DNA of 48,068 bases from a plasmid, in the sequence record NZ_CP008945.1; one strand, 5' to 3'. The position numbers were made by a program, and so were the translations under genes. Below the pieces are notes generated by a model. It did not search any database and had not been told where the DNA came from. It saw only the letters and a program-made list of their open reading frames with translations. Shown in pieces: positions 25,850 to 34,481 of the stretch. Position 1 is the first letter of the stretch. Each line of letters opens with the position of its first letter.

Positions 25850-27011
25850 GCTTCTTCACCGCCTTCCGCAGCGCATCAATGTGAGCGAACGAGTTTTCCC
25901 AGCGCAGACCGGGATGGCCGAAGTGCCCATAAGTTGAGTAGCGCGTGAATCCTGGCTTGCGAAGATTCAAAGCATCGATGATCCCACCGGGGCGTAGCGG
26001 AAACACCTCGGCTGCAGCCTTAGCGAGGACCTCGTCGGCGTATTCGCCCGTGCCAAGCGTGTCCACACTGAAGGCGACCGGGTCGGCCTTCCCAATCGCA
26101 TAACTCAGGCTCACTTGGCACTCGACGGCCAACCGTGCCTCGACGATAGTCTTGGCGATCAGACGCGCCATATAGGCACCCGAACGATCAACCTTCGAGG
26201 CATCCTTACCAGAGAACGCACCACCACCATGTGGGGCAAGACCACCGTAACTATCAACCATCAACTTGCGACCCGTCAGACCCGTGTCGGCCTTCGGCCC
26301 ACCCACCGTAAACAAGCCCGAGGGATTCACCAGAATCTCGGTGTCAGCGCTCATCGGCAGATACGGCTTACACGCGGATGCAACGATAAGGGTTCTCACC
26401 TCCGACGCCAACTCATCGAGATCCTTGGTTTTATCGTGCTGAATCGACACCACCACCGTCTCAACCGCCACGGGCCTACCAGCAGCGTCGTAACGAACTG
26501 TCACCTGCGCCTTACCATCAGACTTAATGCCAGTGATGGTGCCGTCTTTGCGTGCCTGGTCGAGCCGGGCGCAAATCTCATGTGAGAGCACCAACGGCAA
26601 CGGCAAACGCTGCGGAGTCTCGGCCGTGGCATAACCATAAACAGTGCCCTGATCACCCGCTCCTTGGAGCGCGAACTCGGTATCATCACCGAAACGAGCC
26701 TCCAAGGACTTGGAGACTCCGGCGTTGATGTCTGGAGACTGCCTGCGAGTCCAGACGAAAACGAGGAACTTCCACGGCACATAACCCGCCTTCGCCAACG
26801 CATAACGCACCGACTCACGAATACGCGGACGACCCTTCGACGTAATATCGCCAGTCACAATGATCCTGCGGCCAGATGCCATCACTTCTACTGCAACGCG
26901 TGCGGATGGGTCCTCATAAAGGAGGTCATCAAGGATCGTGTCCGCGATCAGATCGCAGAGCTTATCGGGATGGCCGATACACACGGCCTCAGCAGTCTTC
27001 GTGACAGACAT
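25821..27011 (-). CDS. metK: S-adenosylmethionine synthetase (MetK). Probable start MSVTKTAEAVCIGHPDK at 27011.
   Basis: GHPDK motif. Methionine adenosyltransferase central and C-terminal signature segments. ~396 aa. Confidence 0.85.
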   Translation of the reverse strand: MSVTKTAEAVCIGHPDKLCDLIADTILDDLLYEDPSARVAVEVMASGRRIIVTGDITSKGRPRIRESVRYALAKAGYVPWKFLVFVWTRRQSPDINAGVSKSLEARFGDDTEFALQGAGDQGTVYGYATAETPQRLPLPLVLSHEICARLDQARKDGTITGIKSDGKAQVTVRYDAAGRPVAVETVVVSIQHDKTKDLDELASEVRTLIVASACKPYLPMSADTEILVNPSGLFTVGGPKADTGLTGRKLMVDSYGGLAPHGGGAFSGKDASKVDRSGAYMARLIAKTIVEARLAVECQVSLSYAIGKADPVAFSVDTLGTGEYADEVLAKAAAEVFPLRPGGIIDALNLRKPGFTRYSTYGHFGHPGLRWENSFAHIDALRKAVKKHAHENDADR

Positions 27012-27093
27012 ACACACACTCACTTTCCAAAGAATCAGGGCAGAACAAAACGTCCACCCGTCAAACACAGGCAGGCGCAAGAAAGAAAAAGGG

Positions 27094-27666
27094 TTAGGAG
27101 CGGGCTTTCAGCAGCTGCTCCATCACATCATCACCAGGCGCACCGCCCGAGTAGTCGGTGGTGCAGGTGGCGCGCACAATCTCGTAAATCTCGTACCAAT
27201 ACACATTCGCCTGCTTACCGAACGACTGGGACATGGCAACGAACGGGGACGCGATAGCTGCGCCTGTGGTTGGGTGTTTGCCGAGCAGGCCGAACTTGGA
27301 GATCGCCTGCTCGCACTGCACATAACGCGCGAACGCCTGCGCATAGGACTCAATCAGACGTGGTGCGACGAACTGCGAACAGCCGCGCTGATCGAGCCAC
27401 TGCCAGGTCTCGCGGTAAACCAAATCAGCACCGAGGAGTTTGCCATCGCGCTGAATATCCGACAGGTAATCGGAAGGCTCGGGCATCGTCTCACCAGCGA
27501 GCACCGCACCATCACCAATATCAGAGCCTTCGAAATCGAACGGCTCAGCCAGCGGATCCTCCAGGCGAGTAGCAGGCAGACCCTTAGCGAGTTTCTCGTT
27601 GAGCGGGTCGGGTTTCGCGCCAGCCCTCACGCGGCGTCCGCCACGGTTGGTGCCGTCTTTCGCCAT
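27094..27666 (-). CDS. Putative terminase small subunit (P27-family-like).
   Basis: 190 aa, immediately downstream of the HNH endonuclease. This is typical HK97-like HNH-terS synteny. Sequence similarity is weak. Confidence 0.4.
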   Translation of the reverse strand: MAKDGTNRGGRRVRAGAKPDPLNEKLAKGLPATRLEDPLAEPFDFEGSDIGDGAVLAGETMPEPSDYLSDIQRDGKLLGADLVYRETWQWLDQRGCSQFVAPRLIESYAQAFARYVQCEQAISKFGLLGKHPTTGAAIASPFVAMSQSFGKQANVYWYEIYEIVRATCTTDYSGGAPGDDVMEQLLKARS

Positions 27667-27948
27667 GGGTGTGCCTCCTTGTCTAGGCCGTTGTGGCCTT
27701 GGATTAGAGGCCGAAAAGTGCGCTCGTGGGCGCAGAAGAATTCGTGGGGCGGGTCAATACCCTGTTTGATTCGGTCTTTTTGCGTACGGTTGGCCCCGCC
27801 CGCTGACCTGTGCCAAGGCTGTAGAGATTCGACGGCCCTACCCCTCACCAGCCTTTCGATGTTGCCACGTGTTCGACAAACGCCAGGCGGGTAGGCAAAT
27901 TTGAGGTGCGCGACGACAACCGCGACAGGGCGGAACGTGGCGAAGAAT

Positions 27949-28326
27949 TCAGTAGGTGTAGACCCGAGGTTGTTGCCGCCACCGATCATCATCAAGCGCG
28001 GTCTGGCGCGAGTGGCAGGGCTTGCACAGCGAACGGAGGTTGTCGAAGTTGTGGGTGCCGCCGTGCTCAAGCGGGAGAACGTGGTGGACCTCTTGGACAG
28101 GCGTGTACTTGCCTTGTTCGAGGCAGTCTTCGCAGAGCGGGTGGGCGGTGATGTAGGCGGCGCGGATCTTCCGCCACCGGGCACCGTAACGCCGGTTGAT
28201 CTTCGGGTCACGCTGCCACTTGCGGTACCGCTCGTCCTCAGCCTTGGCATGCTCCGGGCAGTAGCGTTCACGGGTGAGCTCAGGGCAACCAGGATGGGAG
28301 CACGGGGAGGCTGGTTTGACCGGCAT
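27949..28326 (-). CDS. HNH endonuclease.
   Basis: CxxC...HH...N...CxxCH HNH zinc-finger motif (VHHVLPLEHGGTHNFDNLRSLCKPCH). Confidence 0.8.
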   Translation of the reverse strand: MPVKPASPCSHPGCPELTRERYCPEHAKAEDERYRKWQRDPKINRRYGARWRKIRAAYITAHPLCEDCLEQGKYTPVQEVHHVLPLEHGGTHNFDNLRSLCKPCHSRQTALDDDRWRQQPRVYTY

Positions 28327-28465
28327 CGCTGGCTCCTTCCCCCTGGATGTGGTGAAGCCCCAAGTTCCCGTGTGGGTTCTTGGGGTTTCTCCTAGTTTTC
28401 AACCACTTACATGTTCTCACACCGATATGCGGTTTTCTATCGCATGTTTCGGATACCCGCTAACG

Positions 28466-28924
28466 CTAGAGCTGTCCGTACAAGGCGGTGGCAAACCTGT
28501 CGAGGGCCCGGTTCTTGCGCCGATAGACCGTGTCACGCTCGACGTAGAAGTGATCGGCGATCATCGATACCTTCTCATCTTGTGTCCCCTCGCTGAGGAA
28601 GAAGCCTTCGAGAATGAAGCGGTCGTCTTCAGCGATGACTTCCCACGCAGGCAAGAACCAGTCCATGTACTGGCGGGCCTGTAGGTAGCGAGCCTTGTAG
28701 GCGTCGATTCGCTCAATGCTCGCGACGATCCTGTTCTCCGAAGCGTGGAGGTTGCCTGATGGTGGTGTGCCGTCCATGCGTGGGGATGCGGGGCTTGCCG
28801 CGTCAGCGTAAGCCGCCTTGATCTGCTCGTCGGTACTCTCGATGATCTGTTCCATCACCGCATAATCCTGCAAGGCGGAGATGGCGGCTTTGCGGGTGTC
28901 GAGGTATTTGGTCATCACATGCAT
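28466..28924 (-). CDS. ArpU/RinA-like late-gene transcriptional regulator (sigma-70 region 4-like C-terminus).
   Basis: 152 aa. C-terminal HTH ADHFYVERDTVYRRKNRALDRFATALYG. Lies upstream of the HNH/terS genes. Confidence 0.55.
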   Translation of the reverse strand: MHVMTKYLDTRKAAISALQDYAVMEQIIESTDEQIKAAYADAASPASPRMDGTPPSGNLHASENRIVASIERIDAYKARYLQARQYMDWFLPAWEVIAEDDRFILEGFFLSEGTQDEKVSMIADHFYVERDTVYRRKNRALDRFATALYGQL

Positions 28925-30324
28925 GAGCTTGTCCTTTCAGTGGTTGTGATTTCTGCTGTGACCGCGTCAATCAACGCAGCCTGAGTAGCGTCTTTCGCAT
29001 CAAGAGCTTTGAGAACGGTTTCATCGAGCGTCCCTTCCGCAACAAGATGCGTGATCGTCACAGGTTCGGTTTGTCCTTGCCGATACAGCCGTGCGTTGGT
29101 CTGCTGGTAAAGCTCCAGGCTCCACGTGAGCGAGAACCACACCAGTAGGTGCCCACCCGCCTGCAAGTTCAGCCCGTGGCCAGCCGATGCTGGGTGGATC
29201 AGCCCGAGGGTTATCTCGCCTCTGTTCCATGCCTCGATATCCGCGCTTGTTTTGAGTTCGCGAGCCTGCGGGAAGCGGGCGGTGATGCGTTCGCGGTCGT
29301 GAGTGAACCAATAAGTCACCAATAACGGGCTGCCGTTGGCTGCCTCATAGAGGTCTTCGAGAGCGTCGAGCTTCCGATCATGAACCGGAGCCCATTGACC
29401 GCCTGCGGTGTAGATCGCGCCGCTCGCGAGTTGGAGTAGCTTTCCGGACAAAGCGGCGGCGTTCGCGGCATCGATTGTCGCCCCATCAAGGTCGAGGACG
29501 AGGTCTGCCTTGAGTTGGTCGTAGACCTTGCGTTCTTTCGGCTCCAACGTGACGGGCGTGGTCGTGACCGTCAAGGACGGGAGTTGGAGGTGGTCGGTGG
29601 TGCGCATCGACAACGTCATGTCACCGATCGCCGCATAGATCTCATCCTCAGCACCGCTGCGCGGCTTATAGGTGAACACCTGCATCCCGTTGCGTTTATC
29701 GGGCAGGAACCACTTGTCGCGGTAGCGGGTGATGAACCTGCCGAGGCGTTGGCCTCCGTCGAGGAGCCGGAACTGCGCCCAGATATCCATCAGCCCGTTG
29801 CTGGCGGGGGTGCCGGTCAGGCCGACCCAGCGCTTGACGTGTGGGCGCATTTTCACCAGCGTGGTGAACCGTTTCGCGCGATGGTTTTTGAAGCTGGAGA
29901 GTTCGTCGATGACGACCATGTCGAACGGCCACGCGCTCCCGAGTTGGCCGATGAGCCATGGGATGTTTTCGCGATTGATGATGGTCACCATCGCAGACTT
30001 GGCTAACGCCGCCAGCCGGTCGGCTTTGGTTCCGACAGCTACGGCTACGGTGAGCCCGTCAAGGTGATCCCACTTGCGAATTTCGGCGGGCCAGGTGTCT
30101 CGCGCTACTCGAAGCGGTGCGACAACCAGCACGCGGGAGATGCTGAAGTAGTCGAGCAGCAGCTCCCAGATCGCCGTCAGGGTGATGACACTCTTGCCGA
30201 GTCCCATGCCCAGGAGGATGGCAGCCTCTGGGTGGTCGAGGATGAACCGGGTGGCGGTCTGCTGGTAGTCATGCGGCGTGTAGTGCATCAAGCACCTCCT
30301 GGATGCCGTCCACCGAATCAACAA
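28915..30324 (-). CDS. SNF2-family DEAD/H helicase.
   Basis: Walker A GMGLGKS. DEAH-like DELSSFKN. Helicase C-terminal domain. Confidence 0.8.
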   Translation of the reverse strand: MLIRWTASRRCLMHYTPHDYQQTATRFILDHPEAAILLGMGLGKSVITLTAIWELLLDYFSISRVLVVAPLRVARDTWPAEIRKWDHLDGLTVAVAVGTKADRLAALAKSAMVTIINRENIPWLIGQLGSAWPFDMVVIDELSSFKNHRAKRFTTLVKMRPHVKRWVGLTGTPASNGLMDIWAQFRLLDGGQRLGRFITRYRDKWFLPDKRNGMQVFTYKPRSGAEDEIYAAIGDMTLSMRTTDHLQLPSLTVTTTPVTLEPKERKVYDQLKADLVLDLDGATIDAANAAALSGKLLQLASGAIYTAGGQWAPVHDRKLDALEDLYEAANGSPLLVTYWFTHDRERITARFPQARELKTSADIEAWNRGEITLGLIHPASAGHGLNLQAGGHLLVWFSLTWSLELYQQTNARLYRQGQTEPVTITHLVAEGTLDETVLKALDAKDATQAALIDAVTAEITTTERTSSCM

Positions 30325-30553
30325 CCAATGCGGTGAAACCTTGGTAGCGGAGTTGATTCATCCGATGCTGTTGGATTGGGCGTGGCTGTTTGCCTGGTGC
30401 TTTGAGCTCGACGAAAACGGCCCGGCTGTTCATCAGGCATATCCGGTCAGGTACGCCACTGGTTCCAGGGCAGACGAGCTTCCAGCACAAGCCGCCAGAG
30501 GCTTCAACGACGTTCTTGAGTTTCGTTTCAATTACGTGTTCGTTCATGGTCAC
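30269..30553 (-). CDS. VRR-NUC domain nuclease.
   Basis: 94 aa. PD-(D/E)XK-like D...VELK motif. Conserved association with phage SNF2 helicases. Confidence 0.65.
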   Translation of the reverse strand: MTMNEHVIETKLKNVVEASGGLCWKLVCPGTSGVPDRICLMNSRAVFVELKAPGKQPRPIQQHRMNQLRYQGFTALVVDSVDGIQEVLDALHAA

Positions 30554-30597
30554 TCCTTGAGTTCGCTTTCAGGGGTGACGGCAGGTGACGAGTCGTT

Positions 30598-30650
30598 CCT
30601 AACCTTTTATATAGAGAAATACACAATGTAATTTCACATGCATAAAGTAG
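30598..30650 (-). promoter_or_regulatory. AT-rich promoter-like island between the primase and VRR-NUC genes.
   Basis: TTTATGCATGTGAAATTACATTGTGTATTTCTCTATATAAAAGG on the minus strand, in an otherwise 60% GC region. Confidence 0.3.
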
Positions 30651-30682
30651 GGAATGGCTCGTCACAGCTCGTCACCATGGGG

Positions 30683-32944
30683 CTAGTTGCCGAACTCGGA
30701 TGCGATCGCGAGCCCGTAGACGTACATGCCGTGCTTGGTCTTTTTCCGCACGAATCCGGCTTGTTCGACCGCAGCGTTGAAGTCGACCATCGGGCGCGCC
30801 CATCCTGAGGTGTTTTGCGCCCACGCCCGATACGTCTGATAGAGGTCACCAGCCCTCTCCGCTAAGCCATCCTCGACGTCGCACGAGTCCTCAAGGAACT
30901 GCGAGAACCAGTCGTTATCCTCCTTATAGGCCTGTGAGGCTTGAACCACCTGAGGCGGGGCTTTGAGCTTGTAGCCCTCACTGTGAATGAGGCGCGCGCC
31001 CTCCATAATCCACGTAAGGATTGCTCCGCCAGCGTGTTCGTAGAGGTGGTCGGCGTAGTTCTTCACATCCGTATCGCCTTCGATGACCGCGTTGAACGGG
31101 ATGACGATCAGACGCCGCCAGATGCCTGCGTCCATGGCTCCCACACGCGGCAAATGGTTCGTGTACAAGACCAGCGTGTGGGACGGAGTGAACGCGAAGG
31201 GATCCTTAAACTTTTTCTCTGCCGAGATCTGATCGGTCGAAGCAAGCTGTTTGACGTTCGAGGTTGATAGGCGCATGCCTTCTTCGGTTTCAGCCGCGAT
31301 CAAGAGCCGTTTACCTCTGGCTTCGGCAAGTTCGGGTTTGACGTTGCGACGCACCCCGACAGTGAGCGCATCTGCTGAGATCGTGCCCGAATACGTCCCC
31401 AACACGCGGGCGATGGTGTTCCAGAAGGTGGATTTGCCGTTTCGTCCGTCCCCGTAGGCGATGACGAGTGCTTCGACGAAGACTTGCCCGATCGCCGCCA
31501 ACCCCACAATGCGCTGCACGTAACCAATCAGCTCAGGATCTCCTTGGAAGAACACGTCAAGCGCGTCGGCCCAGATCTGTGCACCCTCATCGCTGGGGCC
31601 GACAGCGGTCTGCTTGGTCAATAGATCGGCTGGGTTGTGCTCGTGGCTACTACTGTCGCGTAGATCCCAGGTACCTGCCGGGGTGTTGAGCTGGTAGGGG
31701 TCGACGTCGAGGTCACGGATACGCACCTGCAAGATCGGCCCGGCTTCTTTCAACGTGGCCGTGATATTGCGTGACAAACGCCTGGAGAGAACGAACTTGT
31801 GATAGTTTTTGGATTCATCCCACGCCTTGAATGCTGCGACTTGGGCGGGGTTGAGTTTTGCTAGGCCGCGGGCTTTCGATGAAGCCGATGCCATCACCAC
31901 GTCAGCACCGGTAGAAACCATGGCTTGCCATGTTGTGGCGATAAGGTGTTGTGCTTCTTCAAGTTGACGAGAAGTCAGTTCTTGAACCACTCCTTGTGCG
32001 GACAGGTCGTTCTCATCCCACACGCCATGGTCGTAGACAAGCCACTTGGTAGCCAGCGAGTAGCGGATCTTGTTCGCATACTCGCCAGCCAATGTGTCTG
32101 CCTGACCGACATCGGAAAAATCATCCGGACGAAGCCCCGCCAACGCCTCATAAGCCTCTGGCGGCAGATAGCCTGGATCAGCAGCGACCTTCGAAGCGAA
32201 CCTGCACGCGCTATTCCAGATCGTCTGTAATTCTCCCTCGCTGAGCGGTGGCTCGCAGAGGTTGGCTTTGCGGTCGAACAGGTCTCGTGCTTGATCGGTC
32301 TGCCCGTAGCGGATGAGGACCCTGCCTGCGAAACGTGAGAGTGTAGCGTTGCGTGACCCTTCACCAATCACGAGAGTGCTTTGATCAAAGGCGGCGAACA
32401 CGTCGATCTCATCAGCGTCGTCCAACCAAGCATCGAGCAACTGGTCGCCCTCATGCACCGTAACTTGTGGGTTAGGGGTGCCGTAGATGAAGCGACCGGC
32501 ATCCAGAGCATTGCGATCAAAGAAACCAAAGCGCGATGCCAGGCGATGCTTCAATCCCGCGTATTCGTCCGCGTTCGTGATCGTGTGGATTGGGAAGTAG
32601 ACGTGGAAACGCGGCCTCGCCGATACCACACCCTTCGCCTTCATGTGATTACGGGAGGTGGCGGTCATGAACTCCACACCAGACATCAACTCGCCGAGCT
32701 TCTCAGGCGTGATCCACTCGGTGTGGGTTTCGGTGTGGTCGTTATCGATATCCATGACCACGCAATCCGAAGACATGAACGCTGCAGTTGAGCGGCGGTC
32801 ATTCACGTAGGTGGCTGCCACGTGATCGAAACCCGCGACTGCCGACAGCGACGCCGCGTCCGTGACGGTGTGGCTGTTCGGGTAGTGGTTGTTATTCCGT
32901 ACGCCGCTCACATTCGCGGCGCACAGGGTGAAGGGCGTGGTCAT
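30683..32944 (-). CDS. DNA primase/helicase (AEP-type prim-pol N-terminus, D5_N/PriCT region, P4-type SF3 helicase).
   Basis: VVMDIDNDH AEP motif. Walker A GDGRNGKST. 753 aa. Confidence 0.8.
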   Translation of the reverse strand: MTTPFTLCAANVSGVRNNNHYPNSHTVTDAASLSAVAGFDHVAATYVNDRRSTAAFMSSDCVVMDIDNDHTETHTEWITPEKLGELMSGVEFMTATSRNHMKAKGVVSARPRFHVYFPIHTITNADEYAGLKHRLASRFGFFDRNALDAGRFIYGTPNPQVTVHEGDQLLDAWLDDADEIDVFAAFDQSTLVIGEGSRNATLSRFAGRVLIRYGQTDQARDLFDRKANLCEPPLSEGELQTIWNSACRFASKVAADPGYLPPEAYEALAGLRPDDFSDVGQADTLAGEYANKIRYSLATKWLVYDHGVWDENDLSAQGVVQELTSRQLEEAQHLIATTWQAMVSTGADVVMASASSKARGLAKLNPAQVAAFKAWDESKNYHKFVLSRRLSRNITATLKEAGPILQVRIRDLDVDPYQLNTPAGTWDLRDSSSHEHNPADLLTKQTAVGPSDEGAQIWADALDVFFQGDPELIGYVQRIVGLAAIGQVFVEALVIAYGDGRNGKSTFWNTIARVLGTYSGTISADALTVGVRRNVKPELAEARGKRLLIAAETEEGMRLSTSNVKQLASTDQISAEKKFKDPFAFTPSHTLVLYTNHLPRVGAMDAGIWRRLIVIPFNAVIEGDTDVKNYADHLYEHAGGAILTWIMEGARLIHSEGYKLKAPPQVVQASQAYKEDNDWFSQFLEDSCDVEDGLAERAGDLYQTYRAWAQNTSGWARPMVDFNAAVEQAGFVRKKTKHGMYVYGLAIASEFGN

Positions 32945-33378
32945 GGGGTGACCTCCTTGAAATCAGAATCGAAAAACTTAATGGGCAACTCGAGGTCGCG
33001 TGCCCACCCGATCTCTAAGCGCATACCAGGGCTGACGTGTCCGACATATGCCCAGAAGGCTTCGCACTTGGCGAGCAGCACACGGTTGAAAAACATCGCC
33101 AGCTCCCGCTGATCAAAATCGGTGTCATCCATGAACTGCGGGAACAGCAGGTGTGGGGCGAATAGGATTTTGCCCGCGCCCACTGCAAATCCACAGAATT
33201 GACGGGCCAGCTCCACGTTCGCCTCGGTGTCGCCCGAGTAGGGCGAGCAGATATAAACCAAGGGCCGGTAACCGAACAGTTCACGCTGGAGCTTCTTGAG
33301 CGCGTGGTAGCTCGTCAGGTCCAGATAGCCTTCGGTGTTCTTCTTCGAAAACCCAATATCAAGAGTCGCGACGGTCAT
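32941..33378 (-). CDS. DUF4406 / nucleoside 2-deoxyribosyltransferase-like protein.
   Basis: LVYICSPYSGD...FAPH...WAY...SPGM.LEIGWARDLELPIKFF pattern of the phage DUF4406 family. Confidence 0.5.
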   Translation of the reverse strand: MTVATLDIGFSKKNTEGYLDLTSYHALKKLQRELFGYRPLVYICSPYSGDTEANVELARQFCGFAVGAGKILFAPHLLFPQFMDDTDFDQRELAMFFNRVLLAKCEAFWAYVGHVSPGMRLEIGWARDLELPIKFFDSDFKEVTP

Positions 33379-34139
33379 GCTTGCACCTGACCTTCACGCT
33401 CAATCACCGGCAGAATGCCGAGCTGGTTCTTCAAAAGGTCGTAGATGAACAAGCGACCCTTCTGGGTCCAGTACATGTGGGTCGCGGTTTTACCTTCGCC
33501 GTATTCGTGGGTCTTGGACTGGGTGTAGCCCTGCTCGGCGTACTTGGCATAGAGGAACCAGCGGCCAGACTGATGGAACTGCACGTGAGCATCACGCAGA
33601 ATGCGGTTGAGCTTCTTCGCGGAAAGTCCGTAGTCCTTCGCAATCGCCGTCGTCGTCAGGAGTGAATCGGACTGCAACACAACGTCGTAGTACGAGACTT
33701 TCGGTGCCGCTTCAAGTAGCGCTTGCTCTGCGGCCAGGCGCTTGGCTCGCTCGGCACGCAGCGTGGCGATGGCATGCTCAAGGAACTCATCGTCAACGAG
33801 GAGTTCGTCGTATGCGTACATGCCGTGGCGGCGAATCGTCGGTAGCACTTCATCGAACACCCATGCTTCGAACTTCTGCGCTGCCGGGAGTTTGGAGGAG
33901 ATGATGAGGCGGTAGAGGTCGCCTTCAGCAATGAAGCGAACCTGCTGGATTCCACCAGCGGTCTCAAGGGGGTGGTAATTTGCCACCCCCTTGCAGTGCA
34001 GCTTCACCGCGTTCGTCGCATCCTGGTAGCCGAGCGCGGTGGCGACGTCCTTGCCGCAGAAAAGGATCTGACCATCATTGGTGGTGGTTCGGATCGTGCC
34101 GAACACGTCGTTGGTGAATGTTTGAATCTGGTTTCCCAT
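33375..34139 (-). CDS. Phage antirepressor (Bro-N N-terminal domain plus KilAC/ORF6C C-terminal domain). Probable start MGNQIQTF.
   Basis: Bro-N pattern FxxxxIRxxxxDGxxLFxGKDVAxALGY. RBS GGAAGGAAC. Confidence 0.75.
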   Translation of the reverse strand: MGNQIQTFTNDVFGTIRTTTNDGQILFCGKDVATALGYQDATNAVKLHCKGVANYHPLETAGGIQQVRFIAEGDLYRLIISSKLPAAQKFEAWVFDEVLPTIRRHGMYAYDELLVDDEFLEHAIATLRAERAKRLAAEQALLEAAPKVSYYDVVLQSDSLLTTTAIAKDYGLSAKKLNRILRDAHVQFHQSGRWFLYAKYAEQGYTQSKTHEYGEGKTATHMYWTQKGRLFIYDLLKNQLGILPVIEREGQVQA

Positions 34140-34203
34140 GGCGGGGTTCCTTCCCGAGACCCCGTCGAGAAAAAGTCGTGCCGGTCGGCACAAGGGTTAA
34201 GGG

Positions 34204-34247
34204 CCTCACCCCACTGCCGACGAACCTAAAAGTGTTAAATCCGCGCC
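34204..34247 (-). promoter_or_regulatory. X-motif copy 2, upstream of the antirepressor gene.
   Basis: CCTCACCCCACTGCCGACGAACC...GTGTTAAATCCGCGCC. Confidence 0.45.
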
Positions 34248-34280
34248 GGGTATACCCCGCAGACAAACAGTGCTGCGCGA

Positions 34281-34478
34281 GTGAACATGGGTGGCATGAG
34301 TGAGATTGATAAGGCCACGGTGTGGGCGATGGCGAAAAACATGCGCCTATTCGCCTTGATGGAATATCTGCGCAACCTCGACAACGACCCAGCACCGAAC
34401 GCTGCGAATCAGCAAATCGCCGCTTATCTGCGAGAGTTCATGGAAACCGACCCGAAGCTGCTGCTCGGCGACGAGTAG
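34281..34478 (+). CDS. Small hypothetical protein (65 aa). Opposite-strand ORF with a GTG start.
   Basis: ORF only. Lies between the antirepressor start and the polymerase stop. Confidence 0.3.
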   Translation: MNMGGMSEIDKATVWAMAKNMRLFALMEYLRNLDNDPAPNAANQQIAAYLREFMETDPKLLLGDE

Positions 34479-34481
34479 GAG

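Noticed and set aside
26938-27894. 318-aa plus-strand ORF spanning the MetK/terS region.
   Set aside because: Antisense to two well-supported genes. The predicted product has no recognisable features.
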